Source: Geosiphon pyriformis uo1 (taxonomy: Eukaryota > Fungi > Glomeromycota). Taken from it: a stretch of 61,952 nucleotides of DNA. A program made the translations under genes and the position numbers. The number at the start of each line of letters is the position of its first letter. The first letter of the stretch is position 1. Below the pieces are notes generated by a model. That model ran no database searches, was not told the origin of the DNA, and saw nothing but the letters and a program-made list of their open reading frames with translations. The stretch is taken from NCBI GenBank assembly GCA_016748015.1, contig JAAOMT010000510.1, positions 1 to 61,952 on the forward strand, given 5' to 3'. Below are positions 34,362-48,067 of this stretch, piece after piece.

Positions 34362-36465
34362 GTGGTTCAATTTGCACAAACTGGTAAAATCAACTCTCTT
34401 ATTGCAAGGGCTGTTAATGATTCTTCTTTTATAATATTTGGTGTCAATTTCAATGAAGATGGTTTTTATAAGTGTGTAAGTTTTAAAAAATGTCTTGATT
34501 TGGGGCTGGTCAATTCTTTAATCAAAAGCATGGTGATGAAAAAGTCTACTTGAGAAAATTCTAGAGAAGTTATGAAAATGATTGATTATGTATTTGTTTT
34601 TCCAAATTTGATTAGTGCAATAGTGCATTATGACATTTCAGAAGTCAGCAAACATTTTAACATGAATTACCAGACTGTTTTAGTGTCCATAAATTTGGAT
34701 GAACTTTTGGATACAAAGTTGAGCTTTCTTTGCAAGCAGGCAAATAAGGATTGTTGAAAGTTTAATTTCAAATATGTGAATGGAAATAAATGAAACAATT
34801 TTAAAAATGCTACATTAACCAATGTTGCAATGTTCTCTAGTAAGTTTGCTGCTGCTATAAAGTTTTCGAATCTGGATGTTATGTGGAATGTTATGTGTAG
34901 AGTGATGTTTTTCAGCAAGTGAAGTTTTTAAGAAAAGATGGTTCAGAAAATATAATAGTATCTTCACCAACGAATCTTTTAAGTTCTATAAGCTAAAAAT
35001 TTTGGTGTTAAAAATTGCCAAAGCATTACATGAGGGTGTTAGTAATGCTTTTAAATCTTTGATGGACTGCTGGAAGTCTTTAGATGTTGATAAAGCTTCA
35101 TCTGTTCAGGCTCTATTGGATTTTGGTGCAGATTTTGATCATGTGTGTTNNNNNNNNNNNNNNNNNNNNATCCTTTATTGTATAGTTTAAAGATGTTTGA
35201 GCAAGTCTAGACTGAAAGCAAAGTTGCTTTTATTGTGTGTTTTGTAAACTCTATTGGGATTTTAGATCAGTTGTTTTTACACAAATCTTATGACTTGTAG
35301 GTTTTGTTTTGAATTTAACTCCACTCTTTGGTTTTCCCAGCTCATATCAAAGTTAGTGCTTCTAATAATTTTTTGGTGGGAGTAGTACATATTTTTCATG
35401 AATGCAGTCTGTTTTTGAATGGTTATGTAACCAATTTTTTTTGTTTTTATGATAGAACTCTCATGTCCTCTGTTTTTGCCAAGTCTAATTATTTTAAGTT
35501 TTTTCTGTCCCTTCAGTGATATAACATTGCTTTTGTGGAACAGCTTTGTGGTAGAAATAGAACTGTTTTTAATTGGAAGACTTTCAAGTGTTGAAAAAGG
35601 TTGGATCCATGTGGCCCTGTTCCTGATTGGTTTAGGTGTTCTGTTAATTTTTTTGAGGATACAGCTTTTTTTTTTGCCTGTTTTTTTCATTGGGTATTTT
35701 TGAACCTTCAGATATTTTAGAATCTGATAAGTTTGAATTAATTCATGATCATTTGCTGGGTCTAATAGTTGACAGCCTTTTTGTCTATATGGATAGATCT
35801 TTGAGGAGCTTGGGGAGTATTGACATAAGAATTAGTACTGCAGTTTTTTTTGAGGATATAGGCTTGGGTTTGGGAATTAAGATTTCTGGTCTGATGTCTT
35901 CTACTTTGGCTGAATTGCAGGCCATTATGTTGGCTTTTGAGTGCATCTTTTTTTTTAGCTCTGTAAATATCTTTACAGACAGTCAGGTTGCTTTGGATGC
36001 ATACAAGTTAGAATTAGGTTTAGTTTGTTCAGATTTTTGAAATCACTGTTGGGTTGAGCATTGACACATAGTGAACATTATTAGAAAAAAGAATTTGAAT
36101 GTTAGCTGGCATAAAGTAAAAGATTATTCTGGAGTCATGAATAACAAATGTGCTAATACACTTGCTGACACAGCTTTTTTTTTTCCTGGTGTCTTCTTTC
36201 TTGTGTGAAAAAACATTGNNNNNNNNNNNNNNNNNNNNTGGCTGTTGGCTTTACTAGTAAATCTACAGCTAACACTTGCACATATTTCATAAAAGCTTTG
36301 TACTATCGACTGCTGGTTACTGTTCGGAAGTGCTTATATGACAGGTGTTATCCCAGTGTGCTATGTTTATATTATGATAATGTAGAGGTTTCTGATCATG
36401 TCTTTTTTTGCATGGTTAATGATTCTGTTTGTCAATAATTGTTAGATATTTATACAGCTGCTTAA
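34362..36465 (+). mobile_element. LINE beta ORF2 continuation (APE, then RNase H and Cys motif; two gaps)
   Basis: Resumes VQFAQTGKINSL after the LTR; VYMDRSL, AELQAI, FTDSQ; CLYY..SDHVFFC. Confidence 0.85.
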
Positions 36466-36877
36466 AAATTAAATTGTTTATTTTTTTAAGTTAATAAATA
36501 ATATTTTTTTGCTTAATAAAATTATTTATATTTTTTATATTATATATAACGATTTTTCAAATAAAATTGGTTATTAAAATATTAAAAAAAAATTTATTTT
36601 AAGTCAAAATCAGACTATTTAACTTTGTAAACAAATTTATAACTAAACTAAACAAATTTTTTAATAAAGTTTTTAACTTAATCATATTTAAAAGTACTAA
36701 AAAACTTAGTTTTATAGTAATTTTATTGCTAATATATGTATTTAAATCTTTTTATATTATCATTTTATCTATTTAATTTTGTGATAAAAAAATTATTAAC
36801 AGCTTATATTTAGAGTTAGATTAGAAAACTTCTAATATAAATATATATAATATTTTANNNNNNNNNNNNNNNNNNNN

Positions 36878-37285
36878 CCCTATAAATATCCCTATAAATA
36901 TCCCTATAAATATCCCTATAAATATCCCTATAAATATCCCTATAAATATCCCTATCCCTATCCCTATAAATATCCCTATAAATATCCCTATCCCTATAAA
37001 TATCCCTATAAATATCCCTATAAATATCCCTATCCCTATAAATATCCCTATAAATATCCCTATCCCTATAAATATCCCTATCCCTATAAATATCCCTATA
37101 AATATCCCTATTCCTATCCCTATCCCTATCCCTATAAATATCCCTATCCCTATCCCTATAAATATCCCTAACACTATCCCTATCCCTATCCCTATAAATA
37201 TCCCTATCCCTATAAATATCCCTATCCCTATAAATATCCCTATCCCTATAAATATCCCTATCTCTATAAAGATCCCTATCCCTAT
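36878..37285 (-). repeat. Telomere-like array of ATAGGG and ATATTTATAGGG units
   Basis: (CCCTAT) and (CCCTATAAATAT) units on + strand at a contig end. Confidence 0.85.
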
Positions 37286-38093
37286 CTCAAAAAACCATGT
37301 ACTGACTGAAAAACATCCTTAATATAAGCCAATTTAATCTTAAAAATAGCATTAAGCATCAAAGTAAAGACCACCCACTCAGCAAATCTTTGATAACTAA
37401 TAATAATTTTCCAAACACCACCAGTGGCAGCACCAAAAACCAGAGAAAGAGATAATTCAATTTCCATTTGGTCAGTCCAGTTCTCAAAAACAGATGATAC
37501 TACAGAAAATAATTGCTTTGCTTTTAAAATCAGTAATAATTTGTCAAAAAACACCATATTTGGCAATATAACTAATGGTTAATTTTGGCCTATCTTAGAT
37601 GATATGCCAAATGATACAACAGAGATTTTATTTGAGATCTTATTTGGAACCACAAAGAAGTTTGGTATAACAATAGTAAAAACAAGTGACTGTTTTCACT
37701 TTTCTGAACTTTTGGTCTTTTTAACTATTTTCTTTAAAGAAGAAATGCTAGAAGCATTAGATATTAAAATTATGGAGAAGAATACTAACTTGTTAATTGG
37801 TCTATTATTAAACACTTTTGGGCTTTTAGCAGAAGTAAAAACAATACTGGGACTAACTCAAATGTGTCTCTTTGAAGGAACTTTGATTGGTAAAAAATCA
37901 GTCAAAGAAAAAAAATTGCTTCAGTGACTACCAAAAACAGCTTTTCACAATTACTGGGTAAAAAAAAGGCTTCTAAAATGTTTTGTCTAGTAGCTTCTAT
38001 AACAGAAAAAGCTTTTCTGGTTAAAATTCTATTAAATATCTTAAAAAAGATATCAGGTGCAACTTTTTTACTCTTTGTTTTGGTTGTGATCAT
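37286..38093 (-). pseudogene. LINE gamma ORF1 5' part, truncated by telomeric repeat
   Basis: Near-identical to 39648-40456; ends at SVHGFL then repeat. Confidence 0.8.
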
Positions 38094-38632
38094 AAAATTA
38101 AGGAGACAAAAAGTTTTTTTTTCTCATTTTTTACTTTCAAATATTTGAATATTTTAAAATAAAAAATTATTTGTTAATATTTATCTATTTTTTCTTAATC
38201 TGTATAATTGTAATATTTGAAAATTATTAAATAAAATATGATTGAAAAGTATATTTGATATTTAATATCAAATTTTAAGAGTGTTAATATAAAACATAGA
38301 ATTATATTAGTATATTATCATTTGTTGACAGTACAAATTATCTTTTTATTTTTAAATTTTCTAGTTATCTTTTAGAAAAATTAACAATTAAAATATTTTA
38401 TAAAATTAATTTTACATATTAAATTCATACTTATTTAATTTAATTAATTTTATTATCTTACAATTTTGTTCTTTGTTATTTGTTAATTTGTTATTTTAAT
38501 CTATAATAATATCTTTAATTTGCCAAAATATTAGAAAAAATACTAAATTATTAATAATATTACAATAAATAATATAAAAAAAAGCTTTTTTTTTTAAGAA
38601 AATATATTTTTTNNNNNNNNNNNNNNNNNNNN

Positions 38633-40456
38633 GAACCATAACTTTGTTGACTCTAAGGCCAAGAGCTATACTTAAAACCAAATCATCATTAACAAATTGT
38701 TCAAAAATTTTGATCATAAAGCCAATAGACTTAACAATATATTCAACCAAAACAAAAAGCTTGGCCAAATCAGATTCCAGAAACACTAGCCGAAAAAACA
38801 CCAAAGAATTTTTAATAGCCACAGGAGAAACAAAAGCTACCAAAGGAAAAAACTCAGAAAGAACAGGAGGAGCAGATGCCTTTACATAAGACAAAAAACC
38901 AACTAAATGTGGTTTAAACACTTTGAGAGCCTTAGAAAAGCAAGGTAGAGCAATCTTGCAGTTCATAGTTAAGTGGTCTATCTCTTAACACTAAAAACAA
39001 TGCCAGCAACTAGGAGTTTTTTATCAAATATGGCATTTTTTAGTGTACTAGTTTTTAATATTATAGTATTTAAATCAATCTAAGAACCAAATATAACCAA
39101 AGCAAACTGAAAACAATAACCAGACTTAGAAAAATAGAGAATAAAACATGTTTGACTACCAACTTAAGAAATCATATTATTAATTTCAAAAGCCATGCAG
39201 TCAGAAAAAAAATTAACCAACTTGGCCTTAAATTTATTATGAGACAAAATAGTCTCATTTTGATTTACCAAAAAAAGGATTCTAATATTATTTTTGCTCA
39301 CCAAGATTGACCAATAATTTAAAGCAGTTACAACAGAATCCAACTTTTTAAAATAAACTACTACATACTGCCAAATGCCAATAAGCTTCAGCACAATATG
39401 AATGACACCACCAAACACATTAAGAGCTGTTTTAATGTTAGTAGCAAACACACTCAAGAGCATATTACATAGCACAACAGCAGCAAAAAAAGAACCAGAC
39501 TCAGAAATTACCAAAGATTTGGCAATTTTAAGGGTGGTCAAATGTACAGAGCTTGTAAGTTCAACCAAAAATACAGCTTCTAAAGACATTTGAGAAGCAA
39601 ATTCCACATAAAACAGCTTCACATTGTTTTTTGATACTAACTTTGCACCCAAAAAACCATGTACTGACTAAAAAACAGCCTTAATATAAGCCAATTTGAT
39701 CTTAAAAATAGCATTAAGCATCAGAGTAAAGACCACCCACTCAGCAAATCTTTGATAACTAGTAATAATTTTCCAAACACCACCAGTGGCAGCACCAAAA
39801 ACCAGAAAAAGAAATGATTCAGTTTCCATTTGGTCAGTCCAGTTCTCAAAAACAGGTGATACTACAGAAAATAGTTGCTTTGCTTTTAAAATCAGTAATG
39901 ATTTGTCAGAAGACACCATATTTGGCAATATAGCTAATGGTTAATTTTGGCCTATCTTAGATGACATGCCAAATGATACAACAGAGATCTTATTTGAGAT
40001 CTTATTTGGAACCACAAAGAAGTTTGGTATAACAATAGTAAAAACAAGTGACTGTTCTCACTTTTCTAAACTTTTGGTCTTTTTAACTATTTTCTTTGAA
40101 GAAAAAGTGCTAAAAGCATTAGATATTGAAGTTATGGAGAGGAATACTAACTTGTTAATTGGTCTATTATTAAACATTTTTGGGCTTTTAGCAAGGGTGA
40201 AAACAATACTGGGACTAACTCAAATGTGTCTTTTTGAAAGAACTTTGACTGGTGAAAAACCAGTCAAAGAAAAAAAAATTGCTTCAATGACTACCAAAGA
40301 CAGTTTTTCACAATTACTGGGTAAAAAAAAGGCTTCTAAAATGTTTTGTCTAGTAGTTTCTATAACAGAAAAAGCTTTTCTGGTTAAAATTCTATTAGAT
40401 ATCTTAAAAAAGATATCAGGTGCAACTTTTTTACTCTTTGTTTTGGTTGTGATCAT
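38633..40456 (-). pseudogene. LINE gamma ORF1 (RRM-like segments plus CCHC knuckle)
   Basis: FYVEFAS, YVVVYFK, KLVNF, QTCFI and degenerate CF*C*EIDHLTMNC; parallels alpha/beta ORF1. Confidence 0.78.
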
Positions 40457-41051
40457 AAAATTAAGGAGACAAAAAGTTTTTTTTTCTCATTTTTTACTTT
40501 CAAATATTTGAATATTTTAAAATAAAAAATTATTTGTTAATATTTATCTATTTTTTCTTAATCTGTATAATTGTAATATTTGAAAATTATTAAATAAAAT
40601 ATGATTGAAAAGTATATTTGATATTTAATATCAAATTTTAAGAATGTTAATATAAAACATAGAATTATATTAGTATATTATTATTACAAATTATCTTTTT
40701 ATTTTTAAATTTTTTAGTTATCTTTTAGAAAAATTAACAATTAAAATATTTTATAAAATTAATTTTACATATTAAATTCATACTTATTTAATTTAATTAA
40801 TTTTATTATCTTACAATTTTGTTCTTTGTTATTTGTTAATTTGTTATTTTAATCTATAATAATATCTTTAATTTGCCAAAATATTAGAAAAAATACTAAA
40901 TTATTAATAATATTACAATAAATAATATAAAAAAAAGCTTTTTTTTTAAGAAAATATATTTTTTATTAGATATTTTATTTTAAAATTAACAATTAGTTAA
41001 TATAAATCTATTTAATAAAGTTATTTTAAAAACATAAATTTTTAATTATTA

Positions 41052-41949
41052 TTTTTTTTTTATTAAGCAATTAATGAGTAAAGTCTAATTGCTATCTAGT
41101 ATATAGAACCAAACTAAGTAGAACACACTAAACACAGTTCACAGATTTTTTACATATGGCCAGCCATTTGGGCCAGACAAAACAACACTATGTATCTATG
41201 TTAACAAAAACATCATCACCTAAACCAGAAAAAAAACAACACATTCTGTATCTACCAAAACTGACAGCAAAAAATTCTATAATACTAAGCAAACAAATTA
41301 TTTTATCTGATAACATAGACCCTAAACAATAAGACAAGTCTGAAACCACACTACCATTCTCAACCAAACCAGTCTTTTCTATGTCCACTCTATGCTTGAA
41401 CTTAATAAGTTACACCTTAATATGAAACAATTCAACCACAAACTTAACATATTCAATAATAGCTAAAGCAGTCTTTCTTTTCCCTTTAAAGACTAATGCA
41501 GTCTTAGCATACTAATCTTTCAACACAAAACTCTTGCATATAGTAGTAAACAGACCTATATTCAATAAATACATTGAAAATAAATGCAAGATGACCAATG
41601 TAAGTAAGCAAAAGAAACCAGCTAATAATACCCATCTTTTAGCAGCATTAGCCAGAATATTTTTATGAAGTTCAACATTATCAGAACAAGCAAAAACATG
41701 ATTAGACAATTTCATCTTATCATATAGCAAGCACAGTATCTTAGAATAGTCCTTATTATATAACTTTTTCCTGACTGCTATAAGCAACTGTCTATGTATT
41801 GCTTTTATCAAATAAATATACATATTGGCTGAGCTTCTGCTAGTAAATTCAGAAAGCATTGAGAGTTAGAATGCCAGATCTTTGGAGTAATATTCTAATC
41901 TACTTCCCTAATTATGGTATCTGAAACAACATCAAAACCAGAATTGGTC
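41052..41949 (-). mobile_element. LINE delta 3' end (ORF2 C-terminus, 3'UTR, A-tail)
   Basis: FTSRSSAN..RKKLYNKDY..CLL..HVFAC homologous to alpha C-terminus; stop at 41188; A-run at 41052-41061. Confidence 0.8.
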
Positions 41950-44900
41950 TTTTTAATTTAAATTTTTTTTTATTGTTTTATGAGTGAGGTTCAAACATAA
42001 TCTAATGCTATATATCAAAGAAATGACCTAAACTAGATGTGAATCATGCATTTTTCACATGTGACCAGTTACTTAGGCTGATCAGAACAACACTATGCAG
42101 CTATATAAACTGAGACTAAGTCACTTATGCCTAAAAAAAATAAACAAGATTTGTGAAAGCCAAAATGAACACCAAAAGAATCAGCAATGCCAAGCAATTT
42201 GACCACTTTAGCTGACAACCCTGAAGCCAAACCAGAAACTGAGATGAAAACCAAACCATCAAGAGAAATTAACTCATTCTTCTCTATGTAAGCATAATGT
42301 TTGACACAAACTGACCAGATATCACTTCTAAAAGCAAGACTAAGTGAGTGCACAAATTTGACAATCTTCAAATTAGCAACCTTAGGATCATGAAAAATAG
42401 TGACCACTTCACAAAACCAATCATTAAAAACGAAACTCTTATAGAGTGCCATAAACAAAAAGGAGTCAAAAACACATAAAGACAATAGTTGTAGTATGCC
42501 CAAAGAAAAATGAAAAAACCAGAAACTGCCTTCCAGGAGTTCACATAGGATTCCAACAACTAACATCAAACAGAATCATTAATCTTACAAAAAAACACAT
42601 GATTCAAAGCTTCCACATTGCCACAATATAAGCACAACACACTAGGATATGATCTATTATAAAAGCACTTCCAAACAGAAACTGGCAGCCAATAGTGCAA
42701 AGTCTTCATGAAATAAGTATGTGCATTAGCTAAGGGTCTACTGGTAAAACCAGCAGTTATGTACAAGTCAGGGTGCCAAACCAAAGATAAATGGAACCAG
42801 TTAACCTTAGAAAGCAAACTGCTTACCAAAAATTTGGAACCAGACAAACTGAATAATAAATATCATGGACAAAACGTCTGAAATTGCCAGAAAACACACC
42901 ATCATCAGCTTTTATGAAGTGTTCACCCAAGTGAAAAGGAAAATACTAATTAAAGAGAGAAGTGTTACCAGCAATTGCATCAGTGTGCTTATTTCCTGAA
43001 ACACCAGAGTGGTCTTTAATCTTATGCCAGCTGACCTTTAAATCTTTACTGCAAATAACATTGGTAATATAATAATGTTTGACCCAACACTGATTACAAA
43101 AGTCAGAATACACCAGACCCAATTTTGACTTACAAGCATCTAAAGCAGATTGACTATCTGAAAACAAATTAACAGAGCACAGAGGAGGAACACACTCCAG
43201 AGCCAATGCTATAGTCTGCAACTCCACCAAAGTGGATGACATTAAACCTGACATACCAACACCCAAACCCAAATCAATGTTCTTGAAAAAGACAGCAGCA
43301 CCAGTTCTACAGCCAATTGAGCCCAGATTATTAAGAGGTCTATCTGTATATACCAACAAACTGTCAGCACCAATTTGCAAGAAATGATTACGAACAGAAA
43401 CAAAATCCTGAGATTCAAGAATGTTCAAAGAACCAACACTATCCAAAACTGAGAGACAAGTGGGAAATAGACTTCTACCATTTAGAAACACAACAGAAAG
43501 CTCGAACTATTTAGGAACAGGGCCATGAGAGTCCAATCTCTTTCAATGCTTAAAAGTGTACTAATCAAAAACAGAACCACAATAATTACAAAGTTGATTC
43601 ACAAAAGCAATACCATATCATCAAAGAGAAGGGAAAAACCTGAGAAACTGTAACTTGCCCAAAACAACAGACATAGGGACTCCACCATGAAATTGAAAAG
43701 AGATTGGCCAAAGAGCCACCCAAGAACAAATCACAATCAAAAAGAATGTGAACCATGCCTGCCAGAAAGTTATCAGAAGCACTAACATGAATATGCACAG
43801 AAGAATTCAATAGATGAACAGAGTACCAGCACAGAACCTGTAAGTCATAGGATCTGTAAGAGAACAAATGACCCAGGATGCCATCAAAGTTTGCAAAACT
43901 AATGAGGAAGACCACTTTGCTCTCAGACTAAACCTGAACAAAAGACTTCAAACCATAAAAAGAAGGGTAATAAATTGTATCACTAAGAAAATTGAGAGGT
44001 AGGCTGGATTTGAACTTCAAGCCCTTACAAATTAAAGCATCCCACTTGTTACATGTACCAATGGAAACAAAGCTGAACTGTGTTCTATAACCAACTATAG
44101 AATAAAAAACTGCTGACATCAAATATAAGAACTGCTTATCTGAAACAGCTTTTTTCAAGACTAGATTGGTAAAAAAATGAATGTCTGAATTTACCTTTAC
44201 TAAACTAGACTTTAATAGACCTTCAATTAATAGAAAAATACCCAAATATTGATGAGATTCACCCTTTTTGGCAATGGAGATTGGCAAGCCATTGATAGAA
44301 AGAGAAGGAATACTAACTCTGCTATTGATGGGAATGGCCACTGTTTTGTTATTATTGATAGAAATATCATTTATCCGAAAAAATTCACTTGCAATATTAA
44401 GAATATGTTGAGTAGCTACCTAATTACAGCCAACTCAAATTGTATCATCAACAAAAGCACCAGCAGCAAAAAAAAAAAAAGAGCCCAGCCGAGGACTCAG
44501 CACAACCATTTCTTGAAATAAAATGAAAATTTAATCTATAACTGCACATACTTTTCTGCCTCTTGACTTTGCATAGCAAAGAATCATAAAATATATGCCA
44601 CAAAAAAAAAAGAATATCTCCCCTTGGTCCAAACCATCATGTATATGATAACCATCTGTCAATCCAAAATCTGTTATCATCTTGTTGGTATAATCCCTAT
44701 AAATATCACCAAAAAACCAAATAAACTTGCTACACATCTTGATTCTGACCAAACTTTTCTTAAGATATTCCCAGCTGACTGAATCATATGCTTTCTGCAT
44801 ATCCTGTAAAACCAGTCAGAGCTCCCAATTTTTTCCAACATATTTTCAACTACTGATCTAACTGCAAAAATAGAAGACTGAGTCATCATGCCTTTTAAAA

Positions 44901-46597
44901 CCAAAAAAATGTTCTCACAAAAACACACTAAAAGTGCTGCATGTCAAAAAAATTCTATTAGAGAGTATCTTGGAAAAAATTTTATGAGCTGTTTCAATCA
45001 AAGTAATAGAACAGATATTCATAAAAACACTCTCCCATTCATGTGGTTTAGGAATTATTAAGACCCAAGTCTCTTTCCAAGCTCTGAGCACAGATTTGCA
45101 AGAAAGACACAAGTTCAAAAGTACTAAAAGCATATTCAAAATTGACTTGTCACAATGTTTCCAAAGCTCATTTGTAATACTCAAGAGATCAGCAGCTTTG
45201 CCATCAAGCAGATCAGAAATCACATCAAGCAGTTTATTAAACTTAACTGAATGCATCACACCAGAAAAGACTTTATCAAAAACATAATTCAATGGTCAAT
45301 ATTGACAAGACCAAACATCAGAAACATCAGCAATCACACCACGCTTCCTGGTCCATCTTTCCATAATAATGTCTACTTTAAATTTAACCAAATCGGGCTC
45401 TAAAATAAGTTCGTCATTAACAACCAAGTGGTTCAGAACCATTTTGCAGAAAGGATGCTTCAAAACACTCCTAATAGTATGACTCTTATTCATCTTGAAG
45501 CTTTTTATTCTTCTATCTATAGCAAATCTAATGTTCACTTCCTTAGCTGCCAGAGATTCAGCAAGCTTAGATGCACAATATGACTTCTTAATACCAGAGA
45601 GAGTAAAATGAACACAATTAGAATCCATATCAGAGTTAATGAGATCCTAAATAACTGAGGCTTTGATATCATCCAAAGAGTCCCAGCACTTTATAAGAGA
45701 GACAAAACTGACACTACTTTCTTCACGAGAGGCCTTAATAATTTTCGAAACCAAAAGTTCCAACCTGTGAAACCTCGAAGAAACTTTGGTGAACACACTG
45801 TCAAAATTCTTGAACCACTTCTTTCTAAATATCCCATTTGCCGAAAACATTATAATCCTGTGTAAAACATTCTATATGGCATCTAGGTCTGAGAGCTTGA
45901 TAGTAGTAGCAACCTTATTGGAGAACATTCTAGTATTGACTGACATAGCATTTTTAAAATTTTCTCACTTATTGACATCAGCACCCTTGAAATCAAACTT
46001 CTACCAATCTCTATTCGCTTGTTTGTGAAGAGAGTTCAACTGCACATCCAAAAGCCCACCCAAGCCCACAAATACAGAAACAGCCCAATGATCAGTATTA
46101 AAAAATTTCCCAATACCACACATATTGCAATCCACCACAGCATTAACTAAGTTTGAGAAAACAAACAGAAAGTTAATTGTTTTAGCTACACCATGAGAGT
46201 TGGCCCAAGTAGGAGTTTTAACAAAAAAACTTCCACCAAAGGAGTTGACCAAACCAAAATCAAAGCATTTTTTGAAACTGGCACACTTATGAGAACCATT
46301 TTTATTGAAGTTGCCACCCAAAACAACAAAAAAAGATTCATTTATAGCTTTAGCAATTATAGAGTTGATCTCACCAGTTTGGGAGAACTGAATTGACAAA
46401 GAAGCACCAGCATAGAGCCCCAAAATTGAAACAAAAAGTTTGTTTTTAAAAAGTAGTCTGACAAAAAGAAGCTGATCAAAAACCTTAGAAATTTTACACA
46501 CATGATAAGCCAGAGAAATGTCCATAATAATGGTGATACCAGAACCTAAATTACCAGAATTCACACCAGAAGTAAAAACCCAGACACCATCAAATCT
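41950..46597 (-). mobile_element. LINE alpha, nearly complete ORF2 (APE-RT-RNaseH-Cys motif), 3'UTR and A-rich tail
   Basis: Contiguous domain series with stops and frameshifts; ORF2 stop at 42093; A-rich tail abuts LINE delta. Confidence 0.92.
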
Positions 46598-46617
46598 NNN
46601 NNNNNNNNNNNNNNNNN

Positions 46618-47116
46618 ACCCTAACCCTAACCCTAACCCTAACCCTAACCCTAACCCTAACCCTAACCCTAACCCTAACCCTATCCCTATCCCTATCCCT
46701 ATCCCTAACCCTATCCCTATCCCTATCCCTATCCCTAACCCTAACCCTAACCCTATAAATATCCCTATAAATATCCCTATAAATATCCCTATAAATATCC
46801 CTATAAATATCCCTAACCCTAACCCTAACCCTAACCCTAACCCTAACCCTAACCCTAACCCTAACCCTAACCCTAACCCTAACCCTAACCCTAACCCTAA
46901 CCCTAACCCTAACCCTAACCCTAACCCTAACCCTAACCCTAACCCTAACCCTAACCCTAACCCTAACCCTAACCCTAACCCTAACCCTAACCCTAACCCT
47001 AACCCTAACCCTAACCCTAACCCTAACCCTAACCCTATAAATATCCCTATAAATATCCCTATAAATATCCCTAACCTTATCCCTATCTCTAACCCTATCC
47101 CTATAAATATCCCTAT
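46618..47116 (-). repeat. Telomeric array: TTAGGG blocks interspersed with ATAGGG and ATATTTATAGGG blocks
   Basis: Long perfect (CCCTAA)n run ~46811-47032, with variant blocks on either side. Confidence 0.93.
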
Positions 47117-47925
47117 CTCAAAAAACCATGTACTGACTGAAAAACAGCCTTAATATAAGCCAATTTAATCTTAAAAATAGCATTAAACATCAGAGTAAAG
47201 ACCACCCACTCAGCAAATCTTTGATACCTAGTAATAATTTTCCAAACACCACCAATGGCAGCACCAAAAACCAGAAAAAGAGATAATTCAGTTTCCATTT
47301 GGTCAGTCCAGTTCTCAAAAACAGGTGATACTACAGAAAATAGTTGCTTTGCTTTTAAAATCAGTAATGATTTGTCAGAAAACACCATATTTAGCAATAT
47401 AGCTAATGGTTAATTTTGGCCTATCTTAGATGACATGTCAAATAATACAACAGAGATTTTATTTGAGATCTTATTTGGAATCACAAAGAAGTTTGGTATA
47501 ACAATAGCAAAAACAAGTGACTGCTCTTACTTTTCTGAACTTTTGGTCTTTTTAACTATTTTCTTTGAAGAAAAAATGCTAGAAGCATTAGATATTAAAA
47601 TTATGGAGAGGAATACTAACTTGTTAATTGGTCTATTATTAAACACTTTTGGGCTTTTAGCAGGGGTGAAAACAATACTGGGACTAACTTAAATGTGTCT
47701 CTTTGAAGGAACTTTGACTGGTGAAAAACCAGTCAAAGAAAAAAAAATTGCTTCAGTGATTACCAAAAACAGCTTTTCTCAATTACTGGGTAAAAAAAAG
47801 GCTTCTAAAATGTTTTGTCTAGTAGCTTCTATAACAGAAAAAGCTTTTCTGGTTAAAATTCTATTAGATATCTTAAAAAAAATATCAGGTGCAACTTTTT
47901 TACTCTTTGTTTTAGTTGTGATCAT
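47117..47925 (-). pseudogene. LINE gamma ORF1 5' part, truncated by telomeric repeat (second copy)
   Basis: Same junction as 37286. Confidence 0.8.
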
Positions 47926-48067
47926 AAAATTAAGAAGACAAAAAGTTTTTTTTTCTCATTTTTTACTTTCAAATATTTGAATATTTTAAAATAAAAAATT
48001 ATTTGTTAATATTTATCTATTTTTTCTTAATCTGTATAATTGTAATATTTGAAAATTATTAAATAAA

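Noticed and set aside
36821-37174. IGIF-repeat ORF
   Set aside because: Translation of the telomere-like repeat running across an N gap; no coding evidence.
39966-40511. 181-aa + strand ORF
   Set aside because: Antisense shadow of LINE gamma ORF1; broken differently in the two sister copies.
46518-47153. (PN)n / (INIP)n ORF
   Set aside because: Translation of CCCTAA and variant repeats, fused across a gap.
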